The translations under genes and the position numbers were made by a program. From contig CBDCCZ010000004.1 in NCBI GenBank assembly GCA_965215005.1, positions 64,001-128,000 of the forward strand: a DNA stretch of 64,000 nt. The letters are read 5' to 3'. Under the pieces are notes generated by a model that saw only the letters and a program-made list of their open reading frames with translations, had not been told where the DNA came from and searched no databases. Source of the DNA: Kofleriaceae bacterium. Its GTDB lineage: Bacteria > Myxococcota_A > Polyangia > Haliangiales > Haliangiaceae. Shown piece after piece: positions 1-11,179 of this stretch (within the stretch, counting starts at the first letter, position 1; every line of letters begins with the position of its first letter).

Positions 1-1442
1 GCGCAGGCGCTGCACCTTGCCCTGGCGGTTGGTGATGGTGCCGTGCGCCTCTGCCCATGCCGCCGCCGCCAACGTCACCGCCGCGTGTTTTGCCAAGCCG
101 TGCTCCTGATCAGCGATCACGACCACGGTCTGCAATCGAGCCGCTGCAGCCAGCGCCTCGGCGGAGAGCGGTAGCTCATGGCCCAAGACCAATAGCGACC
201 GCAGCTCCCCCGCCAGGAGCGCCGCTTCGAGAGCTTCGATACCTTGCGCGGTCGGCGCGATGGCGCGAACGCCGGCGGTGTTGGGATTGACGTCAGCGTC
301 GCGAAGGATGTCATCAGCGCGCTCGGGACGCGGGGCTTTGCCGCCGATATACAAGCGAGAGACTTGCCAGATGTCGCGAGCCAGCTTGGCGAGGACATAG
401 TTGTCTTCGTTGGTGTGCTGCGCCGACAACACCACGCCAACCGCACCGCGATCATCAGCCACGGCGGCCTGCAACGCGGCGGCGGCGGTCGCGATGGCGC
501 GATCCCACGCCGCGGGCAGCCCGTCTACCACCGGCCCAGCAAGGCGATCCTCGCGCAGTGCGTGATAGGTAAAGCGGCCCTCATCGCACATCCAGTAGTC
601 GTTTACTTCTAGGTTTGGCCGCGGCACGAGCCGCCACACGCGCTCGTTGCGGTGGTGGATCTCCATGTTGCATCCGGTCGCGCAGCCATTGCAGACCGAG
701 GGCGTCGCCATGAGCTCCCACGCCCGCATCGTGAAGCGAAAGTCTTTCGAGGTCAGCGCGCCAACTGGACAAACGTCGACCGTGTTGATCGAGTAAGGAT
801 TGTCGAGAACGGCGCCCGGGGCCGTTCCGAGCTCCTCGTGATCGCCGCGGTTCTTCATCTCGAGCTGATGCTCGCCCGCGACCTCATCGCAGACGCGGAT
901 GCAGCGCGTGCAGAGGATGCAGCGCTCGGCATCGAGAACGATGGTGGGCCCGAGATCCACGACTTTGGGCTTTCGTACCTTCGGCACGTCGACGCGTGAG
1001 CCTTGGTTGTCGTGGTCGAAATAGTGGCGTTGCAGCAGGCACTCGCCGGCTTTGTCGCAGATGGGGCAGTCGATCGGATGATTGACGAGCGTGAACTCGA
1101 GCATCTGCTGGCGCGCGAGCCGCGATTCTGCATCCGCCGTTTCGACGACCATGCCATCCGTCGCCGCCATTTGGCAGCTCGGTTGTAGCTTGGGCATCTT
1201 CTCGATCTTGACGAGGCACTGCCGGCAGCACGCCGCAATCGAGAGGCCTGGGTGATAGCAGAAGTGCGGAACGTCAATGCCGACGAGCTTGGCGGCTTCG
1301 AGGAGATTAGTCCCTTTGGGGACGACCACCTCGCGGCCATCGATGGTGACGGTGACCGCGTTGGGATCTTTGGGAGTCGCTGGCGCGGCCGTATTGGCTT
1401 CGCGAACGTTCTCTACATCGGGCTTCTTGATGTGGTTCTCGC

Positions 1443-1446
<4 letters not shown>
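1..1446 (-). CDS. nuoG: NADH-quinone oxidoreductase subunit G (3' end runs off the window)
   Basis: Translated by hand (not in ORF track): ATG at 1446 overlaps the nuoD stop (ATGA); Fe-S motifs HFCYHPGLSIAACCRQC, HPIDCPICDKAGEC, CILCTRC, CPVGAL, CNGCATGC; frame open to position 1 (HGTITNRQGKVQRLR). Confidence 0.93.
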
Positions 1447-2684
<1,238 letters not shown>

Positions 2685-2686
2685 GA

Positions 2687-3178
2687 TTAGGTCGCCAGGT
2701 CATCGCGGCGCACGAGCGGTTGCCGCTTGTCTTTGGGATAGTCCTTGCGCATCGGGTAGCCGACGAACTCCTCATACAGGTAGATGCGTCGCAGGTCGTG
2801 ATGGCCCTCGAAGAGGATGCCGTACATATCGTAGGTCTCACGCTCCTGCCAATCGAACGCCGGCCACAACGCTGCCAACGAGGGAAGCTTGGGATCCTCT
2901 TCTTCCACCCGAATCTTGAGGCGAAGGCGGTGCCGATGGGGGAGGGAGCGCAGCTGATAGCAGACCGAGAAGCGCGGACCATCGCCGCCAAGCTCGTCGA
3001 TGCAGGTCACGAACACCGGCACGTCAAAGAGCATCGCGGGATCGTCGCGCAGCCACGTGGCGATCTCTCGCAACTTCTCGCGGGTGACGTAGGCGACTTC
3101 ATCGCCGTGATCGGTGTGCGTTTCGACGACTGCGTCGCCAAACTTCTTCTTGAGGGCGTCGAGTACCTTCTGCGCCAT
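2687..3178 (-). CDS. nuoC: NADH-quinone oxidoreductase subunit C
   Basis: WQERETYDMYGILFEGHHDLRRI...GYPMRKDYP; start taken at ATG 3178 (MAQKVL). Confidence 0.95.
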   Translation of the reverse strand: MAQKVLDALKKKFGDAVVETHTDHGDEVAYVTREKLREIATWLRDDPAMLFDVPVFVTCIDELGGDGPRFSVCYQLRSLPHRHRLRLKIRVEEEDPKLPSLAALWPAFDWQERETYDMYGILFEGHHDLRRIYLYEEFVGYPMRKDYPKDKRQPLVRRDDLAT

Positions 3179-3212
3179 GATGTCCGATTCGGGAATAGAG
3201 GAGGAGAGAGGC

Positions 3213-3761
3213 TCAGTCTTCGGAGGCTTGCAGCTGCTCGCGGCGATGCCGCTGCTGACTGAAGCCACGCGCCTTCTGCACTCGGTCTTGCAGCATGATG
3301 AGCGCGTCGAGGACCTGCTCGGGCCGCGGTGGGCAGCCAGGTATGTAGACATCTACGGGGATGACCTGATCGGCGCCGGGCATGGAGTGGTAATTTTGGT
3401 AGAAGCCGCCGGTTGACGCACAAACGCCAAATGCGATGACCCACTTCGGTTCGGCCATCTGCTCCCACACTCGCTTGAGCGCCGGTCCCTGCTTCTCGGT
3501 GATGGTGCCGACGATCATGAGGAGATCGGCCTGGCGCGGCGAAAACCGCGGAAACTCGGCGCCGAAGCGGGCGATATCATATTTGGGCGCGGCGACTGAC
3601 ATGAATTCCATGCCGCAACACGCGGTGACGAACGGGTAGCTGAACAACGAGAACTTGCGCCCCCAGTTGCCGACCTTCTCGATCATCTTCTGCTTGGTGA
3701 GGACGTCCTCCGACCACTTGGCGACGTCCTCGAGACGCGTCGTTGTGAGCTCTACTCCCAT
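3213..3761 (-). CDS. nuoB: NADH-quinone oxidoreductase subunit B
   Basis: TACCGMEF, RFSPRQAD, GVCASTGG, PGCPPRP; start taken at ATG 3761. Confidence 0.96.
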   Translation of the reverse strand: MGVELTTTRLEDVAKWSEDVLTKQKMIEKVGNWGRKFSLFSYPFVTACCGMEFMSVAAPKYDIARFGAEFPRFSPRQADLLMIVGTITEKQGPALKRVWEQMAEPKWVIAFGVCASTGGFYQNYHSMPGADQVIPVDVYIPGCPPRPEQVLDALIMLQDRVQKARGFSQQRHRREQLQASED

Positions 3762-4135
3762 CCGATTGCCTTCTTTCGCCAAACGTAAGCGAGCGCGACC
3801 GTTAGGATGATGACGAAGAGGAACATCTCCACGAAGCCAAACAGGCCGAGCCCCGGCCAGCCCAACAGTGGGTTCTCTCGATATAACAGCGCCCACGGGT
3901 ACATGAAGGCTGCTTCGATATCGAACACCAAGAATAGGATGGCGACCTGGTAGAACTTGACCGAATAACGACCGCGTGGCGAGCCGATTGGTTCAGAGCC
4001 GCACTCGAAAGGGGCGGCTTTCTCCACCGTGACGCGCTTCGGGCCGACGAACACCGCCATCGCCACCAGGAGACCGGCGAATCCCAGCGCCAAAACGAAC
4101 GACAGCCCGGCTGGTATGTATGCCTGTAGTTCCAA
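3752..4135 (-). CDS. nuoA: NADH-quinone oxidoreductase subunit A
   Basis: Three TM segments; PFECG, FLVFDIE, YPWA; TTG start. Confidence 0.95.
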   Translation of the reverse strand: MELQAYIPAGLSFVLALGFAGLLVAMAVFVGPKRVTVEKAAPFECGSEPIGSPRGRYSVKFYQVAILFLVFDIEAAFMYPWALLYRENPLLGWPGLGLFGFVEMFLFVIILTVALAYVWRKKAIGWE

Positions 4136-4404
4136 AGCGAGCGCATTATAGAGCAGAGGTGTGTAGCCGAGGTCAATCGCTCCTGGACCCGGTTTTCATC
4201 GATGTTGCCTCGCGGCGCCGCGGTATCCGCCACTACGAATCGCTCTGAGCCTCGCGATTCACCGCGCAGGTCGCGACCACGAGCAGAGCAGCGATCGGTT
4301 GAAAGAGTAACGATCGGCTGAGCTGCGCCGAGCTGGCCTTCGAGCAGCAGAGTGACGCCGCCGAGCATCGAGCGGGGGTACCGCCGCGTGACTCTTGCAG
4401 CGTA

Positions 4405-4914
4405 TCAAGCGTTCTGCTGGACGTTGTACAGCGCTTCCTCGAAGGCCTCGATCACGCTCGCCTCGGTGGCGACGAGATAGACCGTCTCGGGAAACGCACG
4501 ACGATGGGAGCGAAGTTCTTCGACGATAGCGCGAGCGGCCTCTTCCACGGCCACTCCGGCGGTATCGGTGCCTATCGCGGGAAACGCGATGACGCGAAAC
4601 TGGCTAGCATGGGCGGCGATGAGAGCCGCGCGGGCGGCGCGGCGAAGATTGTCGGCGGCTACACGCTCGCCGGGCTCGGCCATGATGGGTGCGTGAATCA
4701 CGTGTTTGGCGGGAAGCTGGCCGCCTTCGGTGACGATGGCGGCTCCAACCGCGACCGGGGCGGCGTCCATAGCGGCCGCTTGGATGCCCGCGCCGCCCGC
4801 TTGCTTGATTTGCGCGGCGATGCCACTTCCCATGATGCCGCGGGAATTGGCGGGATTGACGATCGCGTCAACCGGTAGAGACGTTAACGTGGTCGCTGCG
4901 ACGTGAACCTGCAT
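4405..4914 (-). CDS. Macro domain (ADP-ribose-binding, Appr-1-p family) protein
   Basis: DAIVNPANSRGIMGSGIA, HVIHA, IAFPAIGT. Confidence 0.88.
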   Translation of the reverse strand: MQVHVAATTLTSLPVDAIVNPANSRGIMGSGIAAQIKQAGGAGIQAAAMDAAPVAVGAAIVTEGGQLPAKHVIHAPIMAEPGERVAADNLRRAARAALIAAHASQFRVIAFPAIGTDTAGVAVEEAARAIVEELRSHRRAFPETVYLVATEASVIEAFEEALYNVQQNA

Positions 4915-5047
4915 GGGAGCTGTGCGCCTCGCGACGAGGCTAGCACGGGGCCAGGAGGGGACGCAAAACGAGCGCGCCATGGCTTGCGGCGCGCTCGTCT
5001 TCTCGCAGGGACGATGATGCGGCTAACAGCATCGTCACGCCTGGCCC

Positions 5048-5536
5048 TCAGGCTGCGAAGGCTTTTTCGAGCTCTTTCTCGACCTTATCCTCGGACCACT
5101 TACGAGCGACCGCCAGCTCTTTGACAATGAGGTTCTTCGCGGTATCGAGCATCCGCCGCTCGCCAAACGACAGCGTCTTGGTGCTCTTGAGGCGATACAG
5201 ATCGCGAAACACCTCAGCGACCTCGAACAGCGAGCCGGTCTTGATCTTTTCCATGAATCCGCGATAGCGGCGATTCCACGTTTGCTTGTCGATGTGGATG
5301 TCCTGCTCGCGCAGGATATCGAACACTTCTTCGACCTCGTCGGTGGTCGCGACGGAGCGGAGCCCAACTTGGTCGGCCTTGTCCTTCGGGACCAGGATCT
5401 GCATCTCGGTGTCGATCACCTTGAGCACGTAAAACGAGCAGATGGTTGCGTTGATTTCCTTTTGTTCGATCCCCACGACCTCCGCTACGCCCTGCGCGGG
5501 ATAGACCGCTTTGTCGCCGATCCTGAACTCGACCAT
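5048..5536 (-). CDS. cdnL: CarD/CdnL-family RNA polymerase-binding transcription factor
   Basis: FRIGDKAVYPAQGVAEV, TWNRRYR, LSFGERRMLDTA; no HMGA tail; GGAGG RBS before ATG 5536. Confidence 0.9.
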   Translation of the reverse strand: MVEFRIGDKAVYPAQGVAEVVGIEQKEINATICSFYVLKVIDTEMQILVPKDKADQVGLRSVATTDEVEEVFDILREQDIHIDKQTWNRRYRGFMEKIKTGSLFEVAEVFRDLYRLKSTKTLSFGERRMLDTAKNLIVKELAVARKWSEDKVEKELEKAFAA

Positions 5537-6035
5537 GAACCTGTACCTCCGTCTGAACTTGGGCGTAAGCGGCAAGCAAATCACATACCAGCTGGCACTC
5601 TGCTGCCCAAGAAGCTTTGATTCCGGTGGGTTATGCGCATGATGGGGATTCAGACCCCGGCGCGACTTGCGCCAAGCTGTCACAGCGCTGCTTCACGATT
5701 CTGCGGCAAAATCACAAAAACCGCAACGCAGGCGGAAACATACGCGGTCATCGCAGCCAGTTGCATAGCGACTCGCGAGGTGGGGCGATTTGACTAGCCA
5801 CTTGCCTGCACTGCCTACTTCCTATGCCTTGGGAGTAAGCCAGCAAACCTCAATGAATAGTGGAGGAAAGTCCACTGTAATGCCGCGAAGTAAAATAGCC
5901 AGAAATCTGGCCCCACCGGTCGGTCGCCAGCCAGCAGACGTGGGAAGTTGGAAGTGAATGTGAGCGGCGGCGGATTGCTTTCATCATTGGCCAAGACGGT
6001 GTGGACGCGAAGGATCGGCTGTTACCATCCCTTCC

Positions 6036-7652
6036 ATGGCAAGGCGCGTCGACCGGCTCGGCCAGGTGCTCGTGCGCAACGGCACCTTGACGGAAGAGAC
6101 GCTAAAGGACGTGCTCGATCAACAGCAGCAGCAGCTGCCGCTGGCCTCGCTGTGCTACACGCTCGGTTACGCGGATGAGGAGACGCTGGTGCGAGCGCTC
6201 TCCAAGCACTGTGGCGTGCCCGCCATCGTGCTCGATGCCAGCGTCATCGACCTCAGCGTTCTTGAAGGTGTGTCGCAAGAGTTGGCAACCCGGCACGTGC
6301 TGCTGCCGGTGTACGAAGACGAGCGGCGCATCTTCGTCGCCTCACAGAGCCCGCACCTCGTCAGCGAGGTGTTTGCCGAGTTGCAGCTCGTACGCGGCAA
6401 GCTACTGGTTCCGCATCTCGCGTTGCAGGTGACTCTGGCGCGCACCATCCGTCATTGCTTCGATGCCTTCTCGCGCGGTGAACGCGTGGTGCGCGGGTTG
6501 GTTGCGCAGGCGGGACCTAGCGCCTTCATGGCGGTGGTGTCCGACGTCGCGGCAGCAGCGATCGATACCAAGGTCTGGCCAGCGCATGAAGCTCTTCTCG
6601 AGGATGTCACCAAGGAGCTCGTGGAGAGCGACCTGGTGCTGATCGAAGCCGAGGAAACCGAGGTGCCCGAGCGGCCGTCGTTTAATTTCGATGAGTCGTC
6701 GGTGGCGACCGCAGCGCCGCCGAGCGAGCTCGACGCTGGGACGACTGGCTCAGGAGATGGTGATAGAGCGGCAGGCGAGGCGTCTTCTACGTTTGCCGAT
6801 CTGCAGGTGGAGCCGGTGTGGGGGCACGGCAGCTCGGTGGATCTCGACAGTGGCGAAGGCGCTCAGCATCAGCCGCGGCACGCGGGACCGGCGCGGGTCC
6901 TCATCGTAGATGATGACTTCGCCACTCGACATTTGTTGGTGAAAGAGCTGCAGCCGATGGGCATCGCCACGGCTACCGCTGCGACTGGTGGCGAGGCCGT
7001 TCGAGCGATTAAACGGCAGCCGCCGGATCTCGTGCTGATCGACGTGATGCTGCCCGAGATCGATGGATTTGGGGTGTGTCGAGCGATCAAGCAGAGTCGC
7101 AAGTACAAGCACATTCCGGTGATTTTGATGTCGGCGGTGCTCGACTCGGGGCGGGTTACCGATAGCGTTCTGCGCCGCTATGGTGCCGACGCGTACTTCG
7201 AAAAGCCAATGGACACCGCGCGGGTGCGTGCGCGGGTGACCGAGCTCCTTCAGGTACTGCGGTCACGCGAGGTCACTAGCGACGATGAGAGCTTCGAGCA
7301 AGCGATCGCGCTCTATAAAGAAGGACACTTGGACGAGGCCGTCGAGGTGTTGCGCCTTGGGCTGCGCGTGGATCCTCTTTCGGCCAAACATCACTTCGTG
7401 TTGGCCAACTTGCTGCAAAAGAAGTCTCTGTTGTACGAGGCCATCGACGAATACGAAGCCACGGTAGACCTCAAGCCTGACTATTTCCCTGCTCTCACGC
7501 GGTTGGCGTATCTCTATTACAAGAAGGGCTTCTCTGCCAAAGCAATCGAGATGTGGCAACGGAGCTTGCCCCACTGTAGTGACGGAAACCTGCGGCAGAA
7601 CATTGAGGTGTTCATGCGCAAGTTGATCGCTGAGATGCAGACTGAAGTTTGA
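6036..7652 (+). CDS. MshEN/T2SSE-N domain + receiver domain + TPR protein
   Basis: N-terminal RLGQVLVRNGTLTEETLKDVLDQQ (MshEN-like); REC with VDDD, DVMLP and KP; C-terminal TPRs. Confidence 0.85.
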   Translation: MARRVDRLGQVLVRNGTLTEETLKDVLDQQQQQLPLASLCYTLGYADEETLVRALSKHCGVPAIVLDASVIDLSVLEGVSQELATRHVLLPVYEDERRIFVASQSPHLVSEVFAELQLVRGKLLVPHLALQVTLARTIRHCFDAFSRGERVVRGLVAQAGPSAFMAVVSDVAAAAIDTKVWPAHEALLEDVTKELVESDLVLIEAEETEVPERPSFNFDESSVATAAPPSELDAGTTGSGDGDRAAGEASSTFADLQVEPVWGHGSSVDLDSGEGAQHQPRHAGPARVLIVDDDFATRHLLVKELQPMGIATATAATGGEAVRAIKRQPPDLVLIDVMLPEIDGFGVCRAIKQSRKYKHIPVILMSAVLDSGRVTDSVLRRYGADAYFEKPMDTARVRARVTELLQVLRSREVTSDDESFEQAIALYKEGHLDEAVEVLRLGLRVDPLSAKHHFVLANLLQKKSLLYEAIDEYEATVDLKPDYFPALTRLAYLYYKKGFSAKAIEMWQRSLPHCSDGNLRQNIEVFMRKLIAEMQTEV

Positions 7653-7698
7653 CAGAGCGCGGGCGAGAATGACGGGCGCGCCGTGGCGGCGCTAGGTA

Positions 7699-8034
7699 CT
7701 AAATGCTGCCAATGAGCGCCCGCAGTCGCCTCAGTGTGCGCGGGCTGAGGCAGTAGCAGACGCGTGGTCCGTCGACTTCGCCCTGCACCAAGCCGGCATC
7801 TTTCATGACTTTGAGATGTTGTGAAACGGTCGATTGAGCGAGATCGAGCTCGTCGACGATGTCGCCGCAGATGCAGCTATTGCGCCGCGCGAGCAGGCGA
7901 AGGATACGGACCCGCGCCGGGTGGGCGATTGCTTTGGCCAACGCTGCCAGCTCGACGTCCGCCGCTGCGCCCTCGACCGGCCGCAGGTCGGTGCCGTCCT
8001 CGCTGGGAGTGCAGGCGTCCTCAGTGCGTTCCAT
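7699..8034 (-). CDS. ArsR/SmtB family transcriptional regulator
   Basis: [32 protein letters not shown]. Confidence 0.92.
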   Translation of the reverse strand: MERTEDACTPSEDGTDLRPVEGAAADVELAALAKAIAHPARVRILRLLARRNSCICGDIVDELDLAQSTVSQHLKVMKDAGLVQGEVDGPRVCYCLSPRTLRRLRALIGSI

Positions 8035-8116
8035 CGTTGACCGCCGATATACCTATGAACCGCAGCGACTGCAAGTCGTGCACTTGGAGACGCGGCAGGG
8101 CGCGAGCTGCCATCGG

Positions 8117-8929
8117 TCACGGCGGTGACGCTGCATTGCTAGGCTCTATCTGAGGGTTACTTTGCCGCTGCTGCGCTTCTCCAGTCATCGGCACGAAGCG
8201 CACCGGAAAAACGGTTTGCGAGCGAAAGCCGTCGGCGGTGCGGGTGATGACGCGCAGCTCCTGATCGTCATCGCCCACCGGCACCACCAGCTTTCCTCCT
8301 ACCGCCAGCTGTTCCTTTAGCGGTTGCGGAATGGCTGGCGGCGCTGCGGTCACGATGATGGCATCGAACGGTGCTTCGCTCGGCCACCCAGCATAGCCAT
8401 CGCCAATGCGGGTTTGAATGGCCTCGTAGCCGAGTCGCTGCAAGTCCTGGCGCGCTCGCTCGCCGAGCGGCTCGACGATTTCGATGGTGAAGACCTCACC
8501 GGCGAGCTCAGCGAGAACCGCGGCTTGATAGCCCGAGCCGGTTCCTACCTCCAGCACTTTATCGCTGGGCTCGATTTCGGCGAGCTGGGTCATGGCAGCG
8601 ACGATGTACGGCTGACTGATCGTTTGCCCATTGCCGATGGGAAGCGGGTGGTCTCGATAGGCTAGAGATGCGACGTCGGGCGGAACCAGCTCGTGACGCG
8701 GCACCCGTCGCATCGCCTCGAGCACCCGAGGATCCGTGATGTCGCGCGCGACCAGCTGCTCGTCGACCATGGCCTGCCGCTCCGCCTGCGATGCATCGCG
8801 CGGTCGCGGCAGCTGGTCGGATACTCTCGAGGGCGAGCGCGTCCGCTCCGTGGGCCCGCGATTCTGTTTGCACGAGCTCACGGCTAGGGCGACCAAGCCG
8901 GCCAAACCTACTCGCCACCAGTCCTTCAT
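8117..8929 (-). CDS. pcm: Protein-L-isoaspartate O-methyltransferase with N-terminal lipoprotein-like signal
   Basis: GQTISQPYIV, VLEVGTGSGYQAA, PFDAIIVTAA, VRFVPMTG; N-terminal hydrophobic stretch ending VSSC. Confidence 0.92.
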   Translation of the reverse strand: MKDWWRVGLAGLVALAVSSCKQNRGPTERTRSPSRVSDQLPRPRDASQAERQAMVDEQLVARDITDPRVLEAMRRVPRHELVPPDVASLAYRDHPLPIGNGQTISQPYIVAAMTQLAEIEPSDKVLEVGTGSGYQAAVLAELAGEVFTIEIVEPLGERARQDLQRLGYEAIQTRIGDGYAGWPSEAPFDAIIVTAAPPAIPQPLKEQLAVGGKLVVPVGDDDQELRVITRTADGFRSQTVFPVRFVPMTGEAQQRQSNPQIEPSNAASPP

Positions 8930-9060
8930 ACACGGAGGAATAGCCGCATGAGTCGCCTTGCACAACAGGGCAGTCGCCGTTAGTGCATATTCGAGCAAGG
9001 TGCTTGGAACGCCGATGCGCTCGCGGTACGGATCTGGGACTGCCGATGATGAGGAGCTAG

Positions 9061-10230
9061 ATGCTGGGGATTTTCGCGACGGGAATGCTCCTGATGCTCG
9101 GTGGCGACGCCGGCGCCGGCAGCGTCGTTTGCCCGCGAGTCGCTGACGGGGCCTTGCTCGTCGACGGCATGCTCGACGATTGGCAGGGAGTGCGCGGCGT
9201 CCGTGCGGCGGGCAAAGACGCGGATGCAAGCTTTGCTCTCCGTTGCGGCTATGACCGCCAGCGACTGTATCTGGCGGTGGACGTGCGCGATCAAGAGTTG
9301 GTGCGCCGCGCTGGCGGCAGAGAGGACCAGCTCGAGCTCGTCGTGCAAGTCCCAGGCAAGGCGCCGCTGCGCTTGGTCGCCCGTCCCGGCACCAAACGGC
9401 ACCGGCCGGTGCGTCGGCTCGGAAAGCGGCGACCACCGGCGTGGCTCGAGCTCGAGGATACGCGCCAGCCCCACGGCTTTTCGCTCGAGGTATCGTGGCC
9501 ACTGCAGCGCATGGCCGGCTTTGGCCGGCATTCGTTTCAGCTCCAGGCGCAGGTGCGCTACCGCGACGTCGATGGTGGCCAGAGGCCTGCGGCGGTGCGC
9601 TTCGAAGGCACCCTCGAGCTCGCGGAGGGGCGCGCGCTGGTGCGCAGTTTCTTGCGTGAGACCGGGCTCGAGCGCAGCGAGTTACGCTTGGATGCAATCG
9701 CGGATGTCGACGGCGATGGCGCTTCCGAGCGCATCTTGGCCGGCGGCGCGACGATCGGCGTGTTGAGCGACAGATACGTCTTCATGACGCTACCAGCGGC
9801 GCCAGCGGAGGTGAAGAACGTGCAGGTCGTGGAGCTGCGCGGCGATGGCACCTCGCACATCGTTGCGCAGTATCGCGAGCACGGCGGTGGCGGAAGTCGC
9901 GACGTCGTATCGATCTGGAGCGTCTCCGGTCGCGGGCGCTTCGAGCGGGTGCTGGCGTTCGAGGTTGGTAAACGCCTCGGAAGCCGCTCGATCGCCAATA
10001 CCTGGCGCTTGACGCCTCGCGCAGCATTCCGCGCCGGGAAGCGCAGCCGGCGCGGACACGACATCGTGGTCGAGGTGGGAGCCGTGGAAGGCTGGGATCA
10101 GGAGAGTTTTCTCGAGTCGCCTGCGACGGACATGCGCCCGATCCTCACCCCATGGGGCGAGCAGCGCTCGGCGGTGTATTGGCTAGAAGGCGATGCCGTG
10201 CTCGGGGGGGAGCCGATGAAGCGCCGCTGA
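9061..10230 (+). CDS. Secreted hypothetical protein with CBM9/DOMON-like N-terminus and a DxDGDG (FG-GAP-like) motif
   Basis: Signal-like N-terminus; VDGMLDDW, LYLAVDVRD, DVDGDG. Confidence 0.6.
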   Translation: MLGIFATGMLLMLGGDAGAGSVVCPRVADGALLVDGMLDDWQGVRGVRAAGKDADASFALRCGYDRQRLYLAVDVRDQELVRRAGGREDQLELVVQVPGKAPLRLVARPGTKRHRPVRRLGKRRPPAWLELEDTRQPHGFSLEVSWPLQRMAGFGRHSFQLQAQVRYRDVDGGQRPAAVRFEGTLELAEGRALVRSFLRETGLERSELRLDAIADVDGDGASERILAGGATIGVLSDRYVFMTLPAAPAEVKNVQVVELRGDGTSHIVAQYREHGGGGSRDVVSIWSVSGRGRFERVLAFEVGKRLGSRSIANTWRLTPRAAFRAGKRSRRGHDIVVEVGAVEGWDQESFLESPATDMRPILTPWGEQRSAVYWLEGDAVLGGEPMKRR

Positions 10231-10244
10231 TCGCGCATTGGCGC

Positions 10245-11138
10245 ATGGCTACCTATACTCGCGGCGTGGCGAACATCGCGCTGATTGTTGCTGTGCTCGC
10301 CGTGTCGACATCCGCGCCGCTGATTCGCTGGGCAGCACCAGCGCCACCGCTCACGGTTGCAGCTGCTCGGGTGATCATCGCGGCGATACTGCTGCACCTC
10401 GTCGCGCGGCGCGCTGTGCCGCTATATCTGGCGCTGCCTCGCCGCGAACGCGTCTTAATCGCCTTTGCGGGGCTGCTTCTGGGCGCGCACTTCGGCGTCT
10501 GGATCACGTCGCTCTACCTAACCTCGACCGCTGCGTCGGTGGCGTTGGTGGCAACGCAGCCGATCTTTGCGGCTCTGTTTGCGCGCCTGCTGGGGGATCG
10601 GGTTGGCCGTCGCGCAGGGGCTGGAATCGTGGTCGCGGCAGTGGGTTGTGCCGTTCTAGCCAGCGGCGATCTCGGGCAAGCCGGGGATGCGCTGCTGGGC
10701 GATGCGCTGGCGATTGCCGGGGCTGCAACCGCCGCTGGCTATTTACTGGTGGGGCGGGCCCTGCGCGTCTCCTTGCCGTTGGTGCCGTATCTGGCGATGG
10801 TCAACTCGTTCGCCGCGGCGCTGCTATTGGTTTGCGGGGCAATTGCGCAGCCGCCGGTGCTGGGCTTTGCTGCCGAGTCGTACGCGGCCATTGCATTGTG
10901 TGCGGTGATTCCGTCGCTCTTGGGCCATACGCTGCTCAATTGGTCGGTGCGGCGCACGCCTGCGCATCTGGTGACGCTTGGCATCCTCGGCGAGCCGGTG
11001 GGCGCGGCGCTGTTAACTTGGCTGCTGTTTGCCGAGCAACCTTCGGTGCACGCGGCTCTCGGTGGCGGCATCATCTTGCTTGGTATCGCGGTTGGGTTTG
11101 GCGAGTTGCGCCGCAGGCGAGTGGCCCCTGAGGGCTAG
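10245..11138 (+). CDS. DMT/EamA family transporter (alternative start GTG 10266)
   Basis: About 10 TM helices; HFGVWITSL, TQPIF, LGEPVGA. Confidence 0.9.
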   Translation: MATYTRGVANIALIVAVLAVSTSAPLIRWAAPAPPLTVAAARVIIAAILLHLVARRAVPLYLALPRRERVLIAFAGLLLGAHFGVWITSLYLTSTAASVALVATQPIFAALFARLLGDRVGRRAGAGIVVAAVGCAVLASGDLGQAGDALLGDALAIAGAATAAGYLLVGRALRVSLPLVPYLAMVNSFAAALLLVCGAIAQPPVLGFAAESYAAIALCAVIPSLLGHTLLNWSVRRTPAHLVTLGILGEPVGAALLTWLLFAEQPSVHAALGGGIILLGIAVGFGELRRRRVAPEG

Positions 11139-11179
11139 CTGGTGGCTCGCGCCGCAAGTGGCGCTCGGTTTGGTCGTCA

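Noticed and set aside
5863..5873. GAGGAAAGTCC, the RNase P RNA 5' signature
   Set aside because: No matching 3' P4 motif (AGAACCCGGCTTA-like) seen downstream, and too little space before the next CDS
7699..8034. ArsR as part of an arsenic-resistance operon
   Set aside because: No arsB/acr3/arsC/arsM adjacent; orphan regulator in this window
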